Source: Podarcis melisellensis (lineage: Eukaryota). From it: a stretch of 64,000 bases of DNA. The stretch lies in the NCBI GenBank assembly GCA_964234715.1, contig OZ174275.1; one strand, given 5' to 3'. Below the pieces are notes generated by a model. It saw only the letters and a program-made list of their open reading frames with translations. It searched no databases and had not been told where the DNA came from. Below are positions 39,383 through 52,737 of the stretch, piece by piece; position 1 is the first letter of the stretch, and every line of letters starts with the position of its first letter. Made by a program: the position numbers and the translations under genes.

Positions 39383-40269
39383 CTATATTATATGGATACA
39401 CAAGCAATAGGGGGCATAACCCTCCAGGACACTTCCATAGGTATATTACACTTTACAATAGGAGGATACTGCCACAACATAAATCTATCTGTATTTAGCC
39501 AAGCTGACTTCAACTCTAACCATAATATGCTAGGTATCCTTGATGCAACCTGCATCAGATCCTGCTATATATCTCTATCACTGACTCAAGTTGAGCATCT
39601 GGAATAACTAGGCTGGGGTAAGAATTGTGGCTATCACACTTCCCCAGCCCTTTCTGCCATGTGGAGCGCCACTGCAGAAAGGAAGAGATGGGGCTGTACC
39701 TAGATCTGTGGCTCAGCAAAGCAGAAACAGCCTTTAACTATCATTTTGTGCCAAAGTTTCCTGCTGCCCATCTAAACTAGACTCTTGAAACCTTGCATCA
39801 CACTGTTGATGTGTTCCATTTGTTATGAATTACAATCCCTATACTTTTCTCAGTAATATGTCTAACCATTAATACCTCCTTTTATTTCTGCATTTGGCTG
39901 TTTCTTATTTGTGCAAACAGAAGACATTTTGTGAAAGTGGGTTTCCTAGTCTGGCCTCAACATATTGTCCCTCCTACCCTCCCTAAAAAGCAGCTTTCAA
40001 GAGTCACAAGATATACTGGAATAGGGTTGGATGTGGTGAAAGATCTACTGGGACAGAAACAGCCAAAACTAAGTGGAGGCAACTTGCATGAACTGATCAA
40101 TTGTGTAATCCATTACAGTAAGATTCAAAGATAAAGGGTAGGTCACCTTCTTTAATTTTTCTTTTTACAAGCATCACCAGATCTTCTTATACTCAGAGCA
40201 GACATGCCCAGGGCATGCCATATAACGCTCATTTTGCATTGTACAGCAACTCTAAGCAGATGCTTTTAC

Positions 40270-40372
40270 CTGGAATTACTGCTTCGTCCCTGTGGTGAAG
40301 GAGACTCCCTTTTCACTGTCGGGCTGTGCTTTATAACAGAAGACTTTTGATCCACAAGTGCTCGTCTATTTC
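40270..40372 (-). CDS. MADD: MADD exon 17 (103 nt): [34 protein letters not shown]
   Basis: tattcag acceptor, AG|gtaaaa donor. Confidence 0.96.
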
Positions 40373-40815
40373 CTGAATAAGAGAGGAAGCAGAACAAGAA
40401 AACAGTTACTGAAAAGGATGCCCAAGTCCAAGAACAATACCAATGAGACACACAAAAGTCAGCTAACACTTAATTAAATGGACATACAAAGAAACTTGGA
40501 AAAGCAGCAGCATATTTTGTATTATTGCATCATACATCGGCAGAAAACAGTAATGGGAATGAGACAGAGACAAAAGAGAAGATGGTAACAAGAGCAGAAG
40601 ATGAAAGGCAGGAGTTTGGCTGCTCTGCATGCATTTCTGCCACAAGAACCATCTTCTGATTAGGCAACATATGGAAAAGCAATGTGTTATGGGAGTGTGA
40701 CTAGTATAAATCACATGATACTGGCTTCCAGTGGAAAAATTGCCCAAAAGACAGGCACAAGAATGCTTGCTGGGAGTTGGTATGTCATGCACAGTTCATA
40801 ATGCAAGGAACCCAC

Positions 40816-40875
40816 CTTCATTGCTTACTGGCCCAGCTTCAGTAATAATCTCCATTATAGTATTTAGCCCAAATA
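40816..40875 (-). CDS. MADD: MADD alternative exon 16 (60 nt): [20 protein letters not shown]
   Basis: gtcccag acceptor, G|gtgggt donor; orthologous to the human 60-nt exon 16; downstream TGCATG at 40786-40791 and 40628-40633. Confidence 0.93.
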
Positions 40876-42082
40876 CTGGGACACAAAATAAACAATTAGT
40901 AGTGCACTGCAAAATCACCACCATTTTTATATTTGATTAGTTACTTGATTAATCCCCTCTCTTTCAAAAACAGCCCTGGATTAATGTTGGGGAACATCTA
41001 CACTGGGGTGGTCCAGATAAAAGCTTTCCCCATGGCTAAATAGGAATAAACTAAAAGTGGAAGGAAAACTTAAGGAAGAGGTATTAACTAGCCAGTGTAG
41101 CAGGGGAGGATTCCTACATTCCCTGTTCTATCAGCCCACCTGTAATGGTGCTTGTTCTTGATTTGGTCCTTGGATCTGTCATAATAGCACTGGGATTAGC
41201 ACTGCCCTTGTATGCCTTGTGAGCATTAGCTGTGCTCATTCAGTATGGTAGAGAGACTCAAAACAATCATCTCTGTAGAAGCACATTTTGAAACAAATTT
41301 CCCAACCCTAATGGCTTCGAAACACAAAACCACAAGCTCTCATTTCTAGTGTAGATGTGTCCTAACCTGATTTAAGGTCACTTGAAGGCTCAAAAGTTAC
41401 TCTGAACCCCATTCAATTCAGGAATAATGCTTCTATTTTAGGAACTATTAATGTCATCTTTTATTTCACAGGAACTGCAAAAAATAAAGCTTATCTCCCT
41501 TCAGAACATGAAGGTAAATAAAACTAAACATTAATGAATAGTTGAAAAGGGTAATGAAACAATGGCAATGAATGAAATGGAAAAATATCATCTACCCGTC
41601 TTGTATCTTAAAGAATTCAAACATTAAGAAAATTGATATTTACCTGGCATACACAAATCATTAAATTGTAGAGTTGGAATGGTCCCCCAAGGGTCATCTC
41701 GCCTAAATATCTACTACCATGCTATCCCCACCACCCAACTAGTGTGATACCTGTCAGGTCAGTCAGGTTATAATTTTTTCTTTATATATGAAACTGACTA
41801 AATTACTGACAATTTTATCCTATAGAAAATTGGAGATGCCACATGGAACAAGAGTCATCAAGAAATGACAATAAACTGCAGAAGATGAGACACAAAGCAT
41901 GGAAAGACACGGAAAAACCCATCACTGTTTTCTTCCAATGTGTGCTATCAATAATAGGTTTAGCTAACAGAAGATCTCTGCACAAACAAATATAGGAATA
42001 TGACCAAATGGAAATATCCCCAGAGACCATGCAGAGTCTTCACCAAACTACTCACAGTCCTTCTGCGTTGGTTTCTGGTTTT

Positions 42083-42113
<31 letters not shown>

Positions 42114-42223
42114 CCCTAAGAAAATGTTAACTCTTATCCAAAGCAAAGTCCAATGCAGCAACACAAAACTAACTTTTGGCCTTTATTACTAAAAGGTCAA
42201 AGGTCAGCAAACATCATACCAAC

Positions 42224-42262
42224 CTTCATCCACATCCCTTCCCACTTCCAGATTAAAGTAAT
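42224..42262 (-). CDS. MADD: candidate 39-nt cassette exon DYFNLEVGRDVDE in intron 15
   Basis: Long pyrimidine tract ending ggtaaag| acceptor, GAAG|gttggt donor; phase 1-1, open frame. Confidence 0.7.
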
Positions 42263-43153
42263 CTTTACCGATGAAAATGGAGAGGGGGAAGAAATAAATA
42301 AAATCAACTTATTAAAAGCAACTTATTAAAAATAAAGCATTCTTCCAGCTGAGCAACCAAAAAGATTCAATGCAAAATCAAACAATGGTAAATTACAGAT
42401 TATCTTTCCTTTAACAACACTAATGATTAAAACCAACTGTAGTACAGATAACCTGGAGTAATTTCTACAGATTCTACTCCATATTTTTCCAGATTTAAGA
42501 AGTCTACCTTAGCTAAGTCCTATTGCTCCAAATGAACAGCTTTCAATAATTTTCCTCTTAAGGTAAGTTTTAGCCCTTTAGATAAGGGACAATTTAAACG
42601 TGATAGCCTTTCCCATGAAAGTGTTTCACGTAACTGGTGAAAAGTTGAAAAGATCCTTGCCAGGTTGGTCTCTCTCTATCTGAGCTGACAGTGTCCATGT
42701 GCCAGGAGAGCCAACAGCAGTGATATGCAGCTGTATACATTTGAGGCAACACACACAAACACACTAAGGCTATGCTTGCCACATAGACTGTTGCCAGGGA
42801 AAGGGCTTTTCAGCAGCCTCCATGTGGGGTCTGTGAAATTTAATCAGTCCAGAGGATTAAGACTTTGCATTCACTTTATGCAAAATCTCTTTCCACCAAA
42901 GTGCATTTCATACAGCCGGTGCATTAAAATAAAGACAAACCAAAAATAATACTCCCTTCCATACTAAAAAGTGTAATTAATAGTCACTTAAAGAATTCTG
43001 CTTAAGAAATCTGAAGCATCACCCAAAATGAATTCCTAATTCTAGAATGCCTGGTTTCCCAAAATGATTTTTTTAAGGGTTGGATGTAATTCTGTGACTG
43101 CTTGGCAATCAAAGGGATTCTGAAAGCAGTAAAAGGCAAGGAAAAGTGATTAC

Positions 43154-43255
43154 CTTTCAGGCTAGGAAATGGAGTGTTTTTGTCTCTCCCAGCTTTGGTT
43201 GGAAGGGCTAAATTGGACAGACTAAAGCTTGTGCTGTGGTTCTTGTATAGGCTAC
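43154..43255 (-). CDS. MADD: MADD exon 15 (102 nt): [34 protein letters not shown]
   Basis: ttatag acceptor, G|gtaatc donor. Confidence 0.96.
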
Positions 43256-43859
43256 CTATAACAAAAATAAAATAAATCAAGTGATCTAATCATCCCCTTA
43301 TCTCATTCAGAAACTCACTGTGCAGTTTACATCTGAACAGCTTTCTGCACTCTGGGATAAACTAGACATGACCTTAAATGCAACATAAAGGTTTTTAAAC
43401 ATGCAGGTAGCATCAGCTGGTGGGCACTAATGGGGAATTCCCCCACCCCAAGAAATTCCAGTTTCAGAAGAGGGATTTCATCAGGACCACAGTAGAAAAG
43501 ATAGGCCTGACGGGCTGCCCTTCATGGCCCCTTCAGCACTTACTGAGCCCTTCCCAGTGCCTGTCATCACTTGGGTCTTCCAATGGCATTGCTACTGCAG
43601 AAGCCAGCATTGTCATCCTCCTTGCACTTTTCCATGGGCATAGTGGAAGCAGCCCTGTAACAGGCCACAAGTTGGGCAGCTACTTGGCTTCCAGGTCACT
43701 ATGTACTTTTGGCTATAAAGTAAGCTTTCAAGTGAAGGACAGGGGAAGTTGCTAGTAGCCTCCTCCTTCCTCTTATGTATGGCACCACAAACACCCAGAG
43801 GGAAGGGATGGGCCAGCCTGCCAGCCTCCCCTCCCCTTGTGAAAACAACAACAACAACA

Positions 43860-44020
43860 TCCCCAGCCACTCTGGCCGGCTCCCAACAGAATATTAAAAA
43901 CACGATAAAACATCAAACATTAAAAACTTCCCTAAACAGGGCTGCCTTCTAAAAGTCAGATAGTTGTTTATTTCCTTGACATCTGATGGAAGGGCATTCC
44001 TCAGGGTGGGCGCCACCACT
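43860..44020 (-). mobile_element. L2-type LINE 3' fragment
   Basis: Reverse complement matches the 835-985 and 34260-34346 family. Confidence 0.7.
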
Positions 44021-45929
44021 TTGCAAGAGCTCCAGGTGAAGGCTGTGGCCATAGAAGCATCACTACCAGGTAGGCAAAGGATGGCAGGTACAGGGGTGGA
44101 ACCAGGGCATGAGTCCCAGTGAGCTTTGCTGGGACATGTGGGTCCCAGCAACTGACAGGTCTGAGGAGGAGGAAGGAGGTTTGATCCCCAAAATTAGTAG
44201 CCCTCCATCACCTGATACTGTTTCAATTTCAAAAATCTGCATGTTACCACATTTAGCATCATGTGTAGTTTCGCCCTCAACAGCAGGCTCTCTCTCTCTA
44301 TGAGAAATGGAATAGTTCCTTACTTTTGCTACGATTCATGAAGATAGTTTTGAAATGAGACAAGGGGAGGAGGAGGCAGAATAAACACTTTACTTGTTTA
44401 TCCTGTTCCTCTACTTCTCCATTTTGTTTATTCAATGAAATGAATGTATTTAATTCAAAATCTTGACATTCCATCATTTACATTCCACTATCTCATTCTT
44501 AAAATGTGCAAGGCAGTTAACATTCAAATCATTTAAAACATCAGATCGACACAGCAGATAAAATTCAGCTTTAAAAAAGACTGGGAACTAACACAATGGT
44601 TAGGCAGGATCAAGAGCATGTGAGACCACAGACCTGCTGGAATAAAAATTGTTTTAGCTGATGTCTAAATGTCACTAGAGAGGCAGCCACCCAGATCACC
44701 CCAGCCTGGGTGCTATTGTGGAAAAAATGACAACTGGTAACCAGAGTAGCTCATTCAAGCTTATTGGCCCAAGGCTTTAAGTAACCAGCTCTTTAAACTG
44801 GGCTCTGAAACAGACCAGAAGCCAGTTAAATTGATAGAGTAAGAGCTCATCCAGACTTCCTTTGTGCCATATTCCCAGGCAGAGGTTTGCACTTCAAGGC
44901 ACTGTGTCCAAGCACTCTTTTTTTTTTTACCCCAGCCTTTTCCCACTCTTTATTGTTGAATTGGAGCAAACGGTAAATCGGAATTGCCATTTGTTCAAAT
45001 TCAGCATTAAAGAGTGGGTTTTCCTGGGGAAAGCTCTGGAGGGGGAAAAAGTGCTCAGACATGGAGCTTTAAAGTACACACCTGTGATTAGAAAGTGCAG
45101 AGCCAAAGGTAAGTGTGTATAAGCCCTCACTCTCCCCCAAAATCTGAGTCATGCCTAAATTTTGTTTGCTGGTTTTTGCACTAGTTGTAGCTTCTGTACA
45201 TTTTCCCCAGGCAATCCACTTAAGGCACCTTATAATAGTTCAAACTTGATGTAACCAGTGCATACACAACTTCGGCTATTATCTGCCTTCTGCAGGAACA
45301 TGTACAATTGGTGCACTACCTGATTGTTCAAAGGGAGCGGGACCCAACACAAAACACAGGTGAACCACTATTTTTGATACAGTAGTACTATTGAACAGGA
45401 GAATTAGTAGCCCTATGACAATGTTGCTCACCTGACGTGATTGGAAACAAATGAGGGAAGACCTGAGCTAACTCTCTCCCTTCCACCGCATTCTCATCTC
45501 CTGCCCCTCCATTGTTGGTGTTTTGGAGGGCAAATATCTGTAAGCAGGGAACTTTAAGTGCATGGAGATCTAGGACAAATACAGTAGGCTGCACACTGCA
45601 GTTGTTTGCCATACAAGGAAAGCAGTGGGGCTGTGCAAAGTTAACTAGCACATCCCAGCTACAGTGATTCCTCTATTGTATGAGAACACCACCTGAATAG
45701 GGTTTGTGCCCTATCTGAATTAATTTCAAAAAGGAGCTAGCAACACAATCCTTGTAGAAAAGAGGACTACATAAATAGGGCCCATCACCAAACATGCCTT
45801 GTTGCTAGTTTCTGTCAACCTCACTCACCCCCAGTTGGAGAAAGCTCATGGAACAGGTCCCACCAGAAGATCTCAATGCCCAAAGCTGATTCCAAAGCTA
45901 TGAAGGGCTTAACTTTTCAGGATGTCATG

Positions 45930-47300
45930 AAATGAGTGTGGAACTTCTGCTCAATTCCATGGCACTATGTCCTGTGGAATCCAGCAAAGTTCCATCTCCA
46001 CCCACCCCCTTGCTGTTTAATGTCTATATGAAACCACTGGAACAACTCATCCTGGAATTTAGGGCTCAGTGCCATCAATGTGCTTAAGACACTCAGCTCA
46101 CCCACTCTCTATTCCATCTGAATCAGGAGAGGCTGTGCAGGACTGGTGCCTAGGGACAGTGATGGACTCAGTGAGAGCCATTAATCAAGGTGAATCATTG
46201 TAAGATGGAAGCGCTATAGGTAGGTGGTCCAAGTCTAGGAATTAGGGAGACTCCTCATGAAGGAACAGGCACATAGCATGGGTGTTCTTGATTCAAACCT
46301 GCCATTGGAGACACAGGTGGCCTCAGTGATCAACTATGACTGGTTAACCATCTAAAGACGCTGTTTGACCAGGATAGCCTGAAATCAATAATTCATGTAC
46401 TAATAACCTCACAAATGTAGGGGAGGGATAAGGGAGCAATTTGATTCAATTCACATTTAAAGCTGAAAATATCAAATTTGCACTTTTCAAAACAATATGG
46501 GAAACGGTCTTCCCTCAAAATTTGCGCTTATCTGAATTTTGTGATGCAGTTCTCCAACCAACATTTACAAAAATGCATATATGAAATTGCATAGAAATGA
46601 CTATATTAGTGAAAACAACAAACAAAATGCATCATATTAGAAGAATTTGCTTGTAGAAATGTATATACAAATATGTGTTTATGAGGAGAAATTCAGGCTA
46701 AAATCATGAAGCATCTTCACAGGGCTTTTTTCTTAATTTATTGCAAATTGCTTCAGAAATGTGGGGAAGTGCAGAGAAGATTGGTAAAATGAACTGAGAG
46801 AACCAAAACTGATAGATTCTTCCATACCTAACCTGAGGTTACCCTTAAAGACAGCCCAGAAGCAGCAGCAACTGAAGAATGTGACAGCAAGGCTGTTAAA
46901 TAGGGGAAGTAGATGGGATCATTTTACAGCAATCATCAGAGCTCTGCACTGACTGCCTGTGAGCTACTAGGGCAAATTCCAGGTGTTTGTACTAATGTAA
47001 TAAAGCCCCAAATAGCTTGAGGCCAAAGCAAATTGAAAAGCACTTCCCTCATAGGGCCATCTTGGTGGCAGATCCACAACTGACAAACTCTCTCCCCATG
47101 GAATTTTTGTTGTTCCCCACATAGTTACTATTTAGACAATAATAAAAAATATTTTGCCACTTTGTCATTTTGGCCATAAATTGGTTCTGAGATTGAACAG
47201 TACTGTTATCATGCTGCTTTGTTATACTATTTTTAATTATCCACTGTATTTTTTATGTTGTGCACCACCCTGAGCTCCTTTAGAAGGGCAAAATGTAAAT
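45930..47300 (+). mobile_element. decayed L2 LINE interrupted by an AT-rich insertion (~46417-46830)
   Basis: Remnant RT motifs (ctgtttaatgtctatatgaaacca; gccatcaatgtgcttaagacactcagctc); the insertion is bounded by tagggga.../...cataccta. Confidence 0.6.
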
Positions 47301-47831
47301 GAAAATCATCATCATCTTCTTCACACCAGTTCCGGCTATAGCCTTTGCATGTGGTTTATTATACCTGCAAACCTCAGCAATTGTGAAAGCAGAAGCAAAA
47401 TGTAAATATTAAGGGTCACAGAGGACAGAGCATACTATTAGTACTGAGTAAGCGACTATTAGTACTGATTAGTACACTTCCTTCATTCAATTTGGCACCA
47501 AGCACACCAGCGTTGCTCTCTGAGCTACCCAGACTAATTTCCAGCTCCCAATTCCAAGGTCTGCTCCCTAGTGCTAACATTTACCCAAACCCAGTCCCTA
47601 TTCTTCTCTACTAAGCCAAGATTCCTGTTGCTTCCCTTGCTTCTGCTTTTGCAAAAGATGCAAGCAGTAGATGAATGTCATGTATTAAGCAATAGCAAAT
47701 GATTTTCACAGGGTTGGTGCTTTGGGGTCAAATACTTTATTTCCATTAAGTATTCTTCTTTCTGTGGGTCTCTTCCCCACTTTCTTCCCACCTGCTGTTC
47801 AAATTTGCAAATAAGAAACAATTATACATAC

Positions 47832-47971
47832 TGGCAAAGGACATAATGCCCCCAAAACCTTCACTGCTGTTGTTGGATATTGTAGAATTTGGGGAACTGG
47901 CATGGGAATCCGATTCCGCATCAGACTCGTTGCCTAGCTTTAAGCTGTTGGGGCGCAGAGGCTGCAGAGGC
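47832..47971 (-). CDS. MADD: MADD exon 14 (140 nt): [22 protein letters not shown]...[10 protein letters not shown]
   Basis: tttatag acceptor, A|gtatgt donor. Confidence 0.95.
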
Positions 47972-48707
47972 CTATAAAAGAAAAGACAACGGTGTTACAT
48001 TGTTGGCATTGTTATGTATCCTGCAACTAAAAAGATTGTTGGGACCCATCTCATATCAGTAACACAAACATCTGATTTAGCTGTGGTGTCAGTTTGGCAG
48101 TTGCCATGTCAACTGATGCCTATTTTAGAATAGATAGAGCAAGTATGAAAACAAAGGCAACAGAGAAGTAATCTGCAGATTCCAAGTACTACCCGTTAAC
48201 CAGAACAGTAAACATCTTGGAATACTTCCAAGAGAATAATTACAGGCCTCTTCCCCAAGTAATTATATGTCCCACTCAATACAGGGACTCATCAACGTGT
48301 TGTGGTCCCAAGCTGCTACATATGTGGTTGTGAATATTGTAACTATGTGGCCAAATCATGAGACTTTTCCCTACAAGTTGTCATTGTCCATACCAGCTGG
48401 CTGTCACATGGGGAAAACCCACATAGATCTTTCCTTCATGTGTTCCCCCAAGTGGTGCAGGACTGCACCAGAGAACAGAAGCTTCCTTGATACTGTGGGT
48501 CCTGAAATGCTGATGTGTTTAATATATATCCCTCTAGGTCTGAGGGAATACGATAAAGACCTAAGAAAATCATTAGAAGATATCTGAACTGCAGGGGGAT
48601 TTTCTGAGGATAATGCATGGTACTAAGCACAACTAGTAAATAGTAAAGCACAATTAGTAAAATTCCAGTGTGGCCTTCATGGAGTCCTGAATTTAGTCAT
48701 ATCTCAC

Positions 48708-48988
48708 CGATTGCCATTGAGGTTCTGATTGAACTTTGGTGTATAGCTTTCTTCCTGTTCATCCTCTTCTTCCTCTGCTGGGAACCCATACTGTGGTTCA
48801 AAGTATGGGTTATCATACTCTCTTTTCTTCACCATTCCATCCACGGAACTCAAAGTGTTTGCTGGATTCTCACTATCACGACGTTCAACACTCATTTTGG
48901 GAAAGCTTGGTTGTAAAGGCAGACTGGGAAGGTGATTTGAAAATCCAGCTACCATCTTCTCCTCCATCTCTGCTGAATCAGCAGACTC
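48708..48988 (-). CDS. MADD: MADD exon 13, long form (281 nt): [11 protein letters not shown]...[37 protein letters not shown]
   Basis: ttttacaaag acceptor, CG|gtgaga donor; includes the 13[14 protein letters not shown] motif. Confidence 0.94.
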
Positions 48989-50185
48989 CTTTGTAAAACA
49001 AACAAAAATCCAATTTGTCTACAAATACATATCCACATAACAGCTGGTGTCAGGCGCAAGAGGACCCTAAGATTCTGAAGGCCAATTGTTATCTTTATTT
49101 CTAACATTACCTATACTAAATGAGCTTACATCATCTCTCTGCAATTTTGTCTCCCATGTCTAACATTTCACAATTTATTTCCCACATTAGACCAGCTGTT
49201 TTCTATATAATAAACTGTATTAATATTAAATGTTCATCCATTTTCTAACACTTCTTAAATCGTCTCAAATATTGTCTAATGATTTCATCACTGTACTAGC
49301 TCATCACTACCTCTAAAGAAACATGGCTGCTCACTTGAAAAATTTCATCCTAGGTACAGTGTTGTTCACAGGGCTTCCATACAGATCTATGCATAATACT
49401 TATTTCACATAAAATCCAATAATTATATATCATAACCAGTCTACTTCCCCGCTCTCAGATTTAAATTTTTTTAAGCATTCCTATTGGCTTGGAGAATATG
49501 AATATGTGAGCACCTGTCTTTTATCAGTAAGGAATGAACCATATGACTGCTGTTCACCATAGTTTTATATCAAATACGTAATTGTGACATATCTCAAATA
49601 CATAATAGTGACATAAATTCACTGTCATCTACTTTTCTCTAGTCACATTGGCCATGTTTTCACATCACGGTAAGTCATAAACCATGGCTTCCCATACATG
49701 AGCCAGTTTGCTTCTCCCCACAAGAGCTAGGAAGGGAAAAAAGCAAAATCCTTGGCTTAGTGTTATGGATCATAGTTTGTTTCCTCCATGTACTAGCAGG
49801 GAGAACAAAAGAGCCCAGAGAGGTCCATTCATTGTAAACTAATAACCATGGTTTACTGTGATGTGCATATCAATAAATATTATGTGCATACCAATAAATA
49901 TTAAGAACACAAAATGACAAGAGTTTTTTTAATTATTTATTCTCCATGTATCTTCCAAAAAGAAGTCCAAAGCAGCTAAGAAATCCTTTCCATCCCAAAG
50001 CTTCAAGGAGCTTTATGCCTCAGTCTTTGCCTCAGGCTGATAAGAAGTGGTTCATGAGGGAACAAATGTCCCAAACAAATCCAGCCTTTGATGAAGACCA
50101 AAGTAGTAAAACTCCAATGAGGGTCCTTCCTATCATTCCTGTATCTCTTGCCTCCCTTACTTATACAATAAGCCCCATTACACAC

Positions 50186-50379
50186 ATGATTCACTCCATG
50201 GATAACAGTGCTGGGGCTGCTGCTGGCTGTAGTGCTTGAACTTGACCGAGGCTGATTGTTGTCTTGGGAGTTTTCACTATCAGGGGCTTGTTCATCCATA
50301 TCACCCGAGTACTCCTGGAAGTCATCAAATTCCACTTCACTTGCATCACCCAGAGCTGCATGGGTTAGAGGATCCACAT
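50186..50379 (-). CDS. MADD: MADD exon 12 (194 nt): [17 protein letters not shown]...[13 protein letters not shown]
   Basis: tttacag acceptor, CAT|gtgtgt donor; phase fits exon 13. Confidence 0.93.
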
Positions 50380-50429
50380 CTGTAAATAGATATTATACAC
50401 ATAAGTTCATAGGGTCAACAAAAATCACA

Positions 50430-50730
50430 AAGGCCCAGTCTGCATGTAACACTAAGGCAAACCATGGCTTAGCATGTGCTCCTCCCTGATCCTGCCGCCG
50501 CCATGCCGCCTAAGCTAAGTGATGGTACGGCTTAAGATTACGTCTGAATCTAGGCTCATGGTTCGTCTCCTTCAGACAAACCATGAGCAGTAGACCAATA
50601 CCAAACTTTAGTTACAGGTTGTGGTTTGTCTGGAGCGAGAAAAGCCATGGTCCCAGATAAGGCGTAACTCTTTGCCAAACCATGACTTAGCCTACAAAGC
50701 AAGGTGGCAGTAGGACCAGTGGTGGGGAGC
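50430..50730. repeat. palindromic fold-back repeat element
   Basis: Nested inverted repeats with aaaccatg/catggtt motifs; a related element lies at 49650-49868. Confidence 0.55.
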
Positions 50731-51985
50731 AGCTGGGAACTTTCATATTTGCTAATTTGCCATTTGAAAACTGGATCAAAATCTAACTCTAAACAGCAAA
50801 ATATGCAAGCTATTCAAAATGTAGCTTTATAATTCTTTTCTATAGGGGTAGCTAACTATTATTATTATTTTGCCTGTGGGCAGCATTCACCCTTGTCCAA
50901 CTCTCTAGGGGCCATCTGCCAATGGTAAAAGCGGCCAGATGTGGATGTGGCCACCTAAACTCTCATACACAGGCCCTCCTTGCTTATCATATGATTGATC
51001 TGATGAGTGTGAAAGGGAGCTATTTGCATCCACATTAGGGCAAGTGGCCACAGGGCATCTCAGCACTATGTTCTACTTTTTTTGCCACCCTTGCAAAAAA
51101 CTAGTGGGGTCTGAGTTGGGGGACAGGAAAAAATGCTCGGGGACCACATCATCATGTGCCTGGGTCAGGAGTCAACCACTCCGGCTTTAAAATGTAAAAA
51201 ATAAAGGGAAGTAGTGTCCAAGTCCATTTACTTGATGAGAAAATATGACATTTACAATGTAAGTACTGACCAGAAACCTCAATAAAACAAAAGCCAGATT
51301 TTCTCCAGTATGGCTTTTAAAAAATATTTCTATACTGCCATTCACACTGCCTGTCACAAAGCTGTTTACAATATAAAAACACAAAAATGCATAACATAGT
51401 AAGAAACAAAAACAATACCACAAGCACCCCACTGTTTAAAAGACCATAGATTGTAAAATTAGCCAAAAGCCTGGGAGAAGAGGAATGTTTTTGCCTGGTG
51501 CCTAAAGATCTGTAACGAAGATGCCAGACGAGTCTACTTGAAGAGAGCATACCAAAAGCAGAGAGCCACTGCTGAAAAAGCCCATTCTAGCTGCAAATAA
51601 CATTCTAGTCACAACACTGCTGGTCTATGACTGTAATAAACTGATTGAAATTCTAGATCTGAAGATCCCTGAAACTGAAACTGAAGATCCCTTACCAGGT
51701 AAGAAAATGTATATTTAACCAAAAAAAAGCAGCCAATCAGCTTTGACCTATACTGTACTGAATACTCTCTTCTACAGTCTTCAAGAGTGATATGATTATA
51801 GTAATCAGTAAAACTTTAGGCTGGGTGGCACAAGATGTTAAAAGTAAATATACCTGTTTACCTAAACACAAGATATCTTCCCAAGTCATTCACAATTACC
51901 TTAGGTTCTTTCTCTCTCAAAGCAATTAAATCAGACCAAAGCATGCACGTAGAGTTAATTAAATTATCAACTCAAAGTTACTCAC

Positions 51986-52089
51986 TTGGAGTGTCACCAT
52001 TGATGTCACACTTCATCATTTCACTAACAAAATCACCAAGGGATGAATACGAAGAGCTGGAGTCATCATAATCCACACTGTCACTGCCA
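51986..52089 (-). CDS. MADD: MADD exon 11 (104 nt): [34 protein letters not shown]
   Basis: aaatag acceptor, A|gtgagt donor. Confidence 0.96.
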
Positions 52090-52737
52090 CTATTTTAAGG
52101 GGGAAAGGGTGAGAAAGAATTAGAAGTGGCAAAAAAGGAAAGAAAAATATAAAGCAATAGAGAATGAGAACAGACCAGCAATAGAAAGAGAAGCAACTAA
52201 ATGGAATATTTTATACTACAAGGCTATGGTGGCATAGGTTTTGTTAAATGAACAGCTTCTCTTAAGTAGTAGGTCATCATATATACTGTATAGCTCTGTG
52301 TATGGAAATATAATTTTTAAAAAGAAAGGGGACAACTGATTTTTACTTTACCAGAAGCATTTTTAAAGGGTGCAGAAGATGGAAGGTTAATAAGGAGGTG
52401 TTTTGAGTAGCATACTGCAGCAACAGAGACTGGTGCCTACACTTTATCTTTTCAGCACTAGCCAAAACCCTTTTTCTTCTGCCAGTCTTTTAAAAATGCT
52501 TTTCAGAACCTTTAGATTTGGATTTTATGATACCCTGAACTTCTGATTTGACTGTAATTTTTTTATCTTGCATTGTTTTATCTTGCATTGTTAATGTAAT
52601 TGTCAGATTATCCGTTAAACTGCTTTGGAAACCAGTGCTGGAAGAAGTATTGAAATTTTTCAGGGAAAAATGGATAAAAAACCAGAAAGACAAAGGCCAC
52701 TTAGAACCAGCTACATAAAGTTGCTCTCCCCACTAAC

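Noticed and set aside
51055-51160. Minus-strand box C/box D pair with a short terminal stem
   Set aside because: Lies in a decayed transposon-like segment, has no recognisable rRNA guide, and is likely chance.
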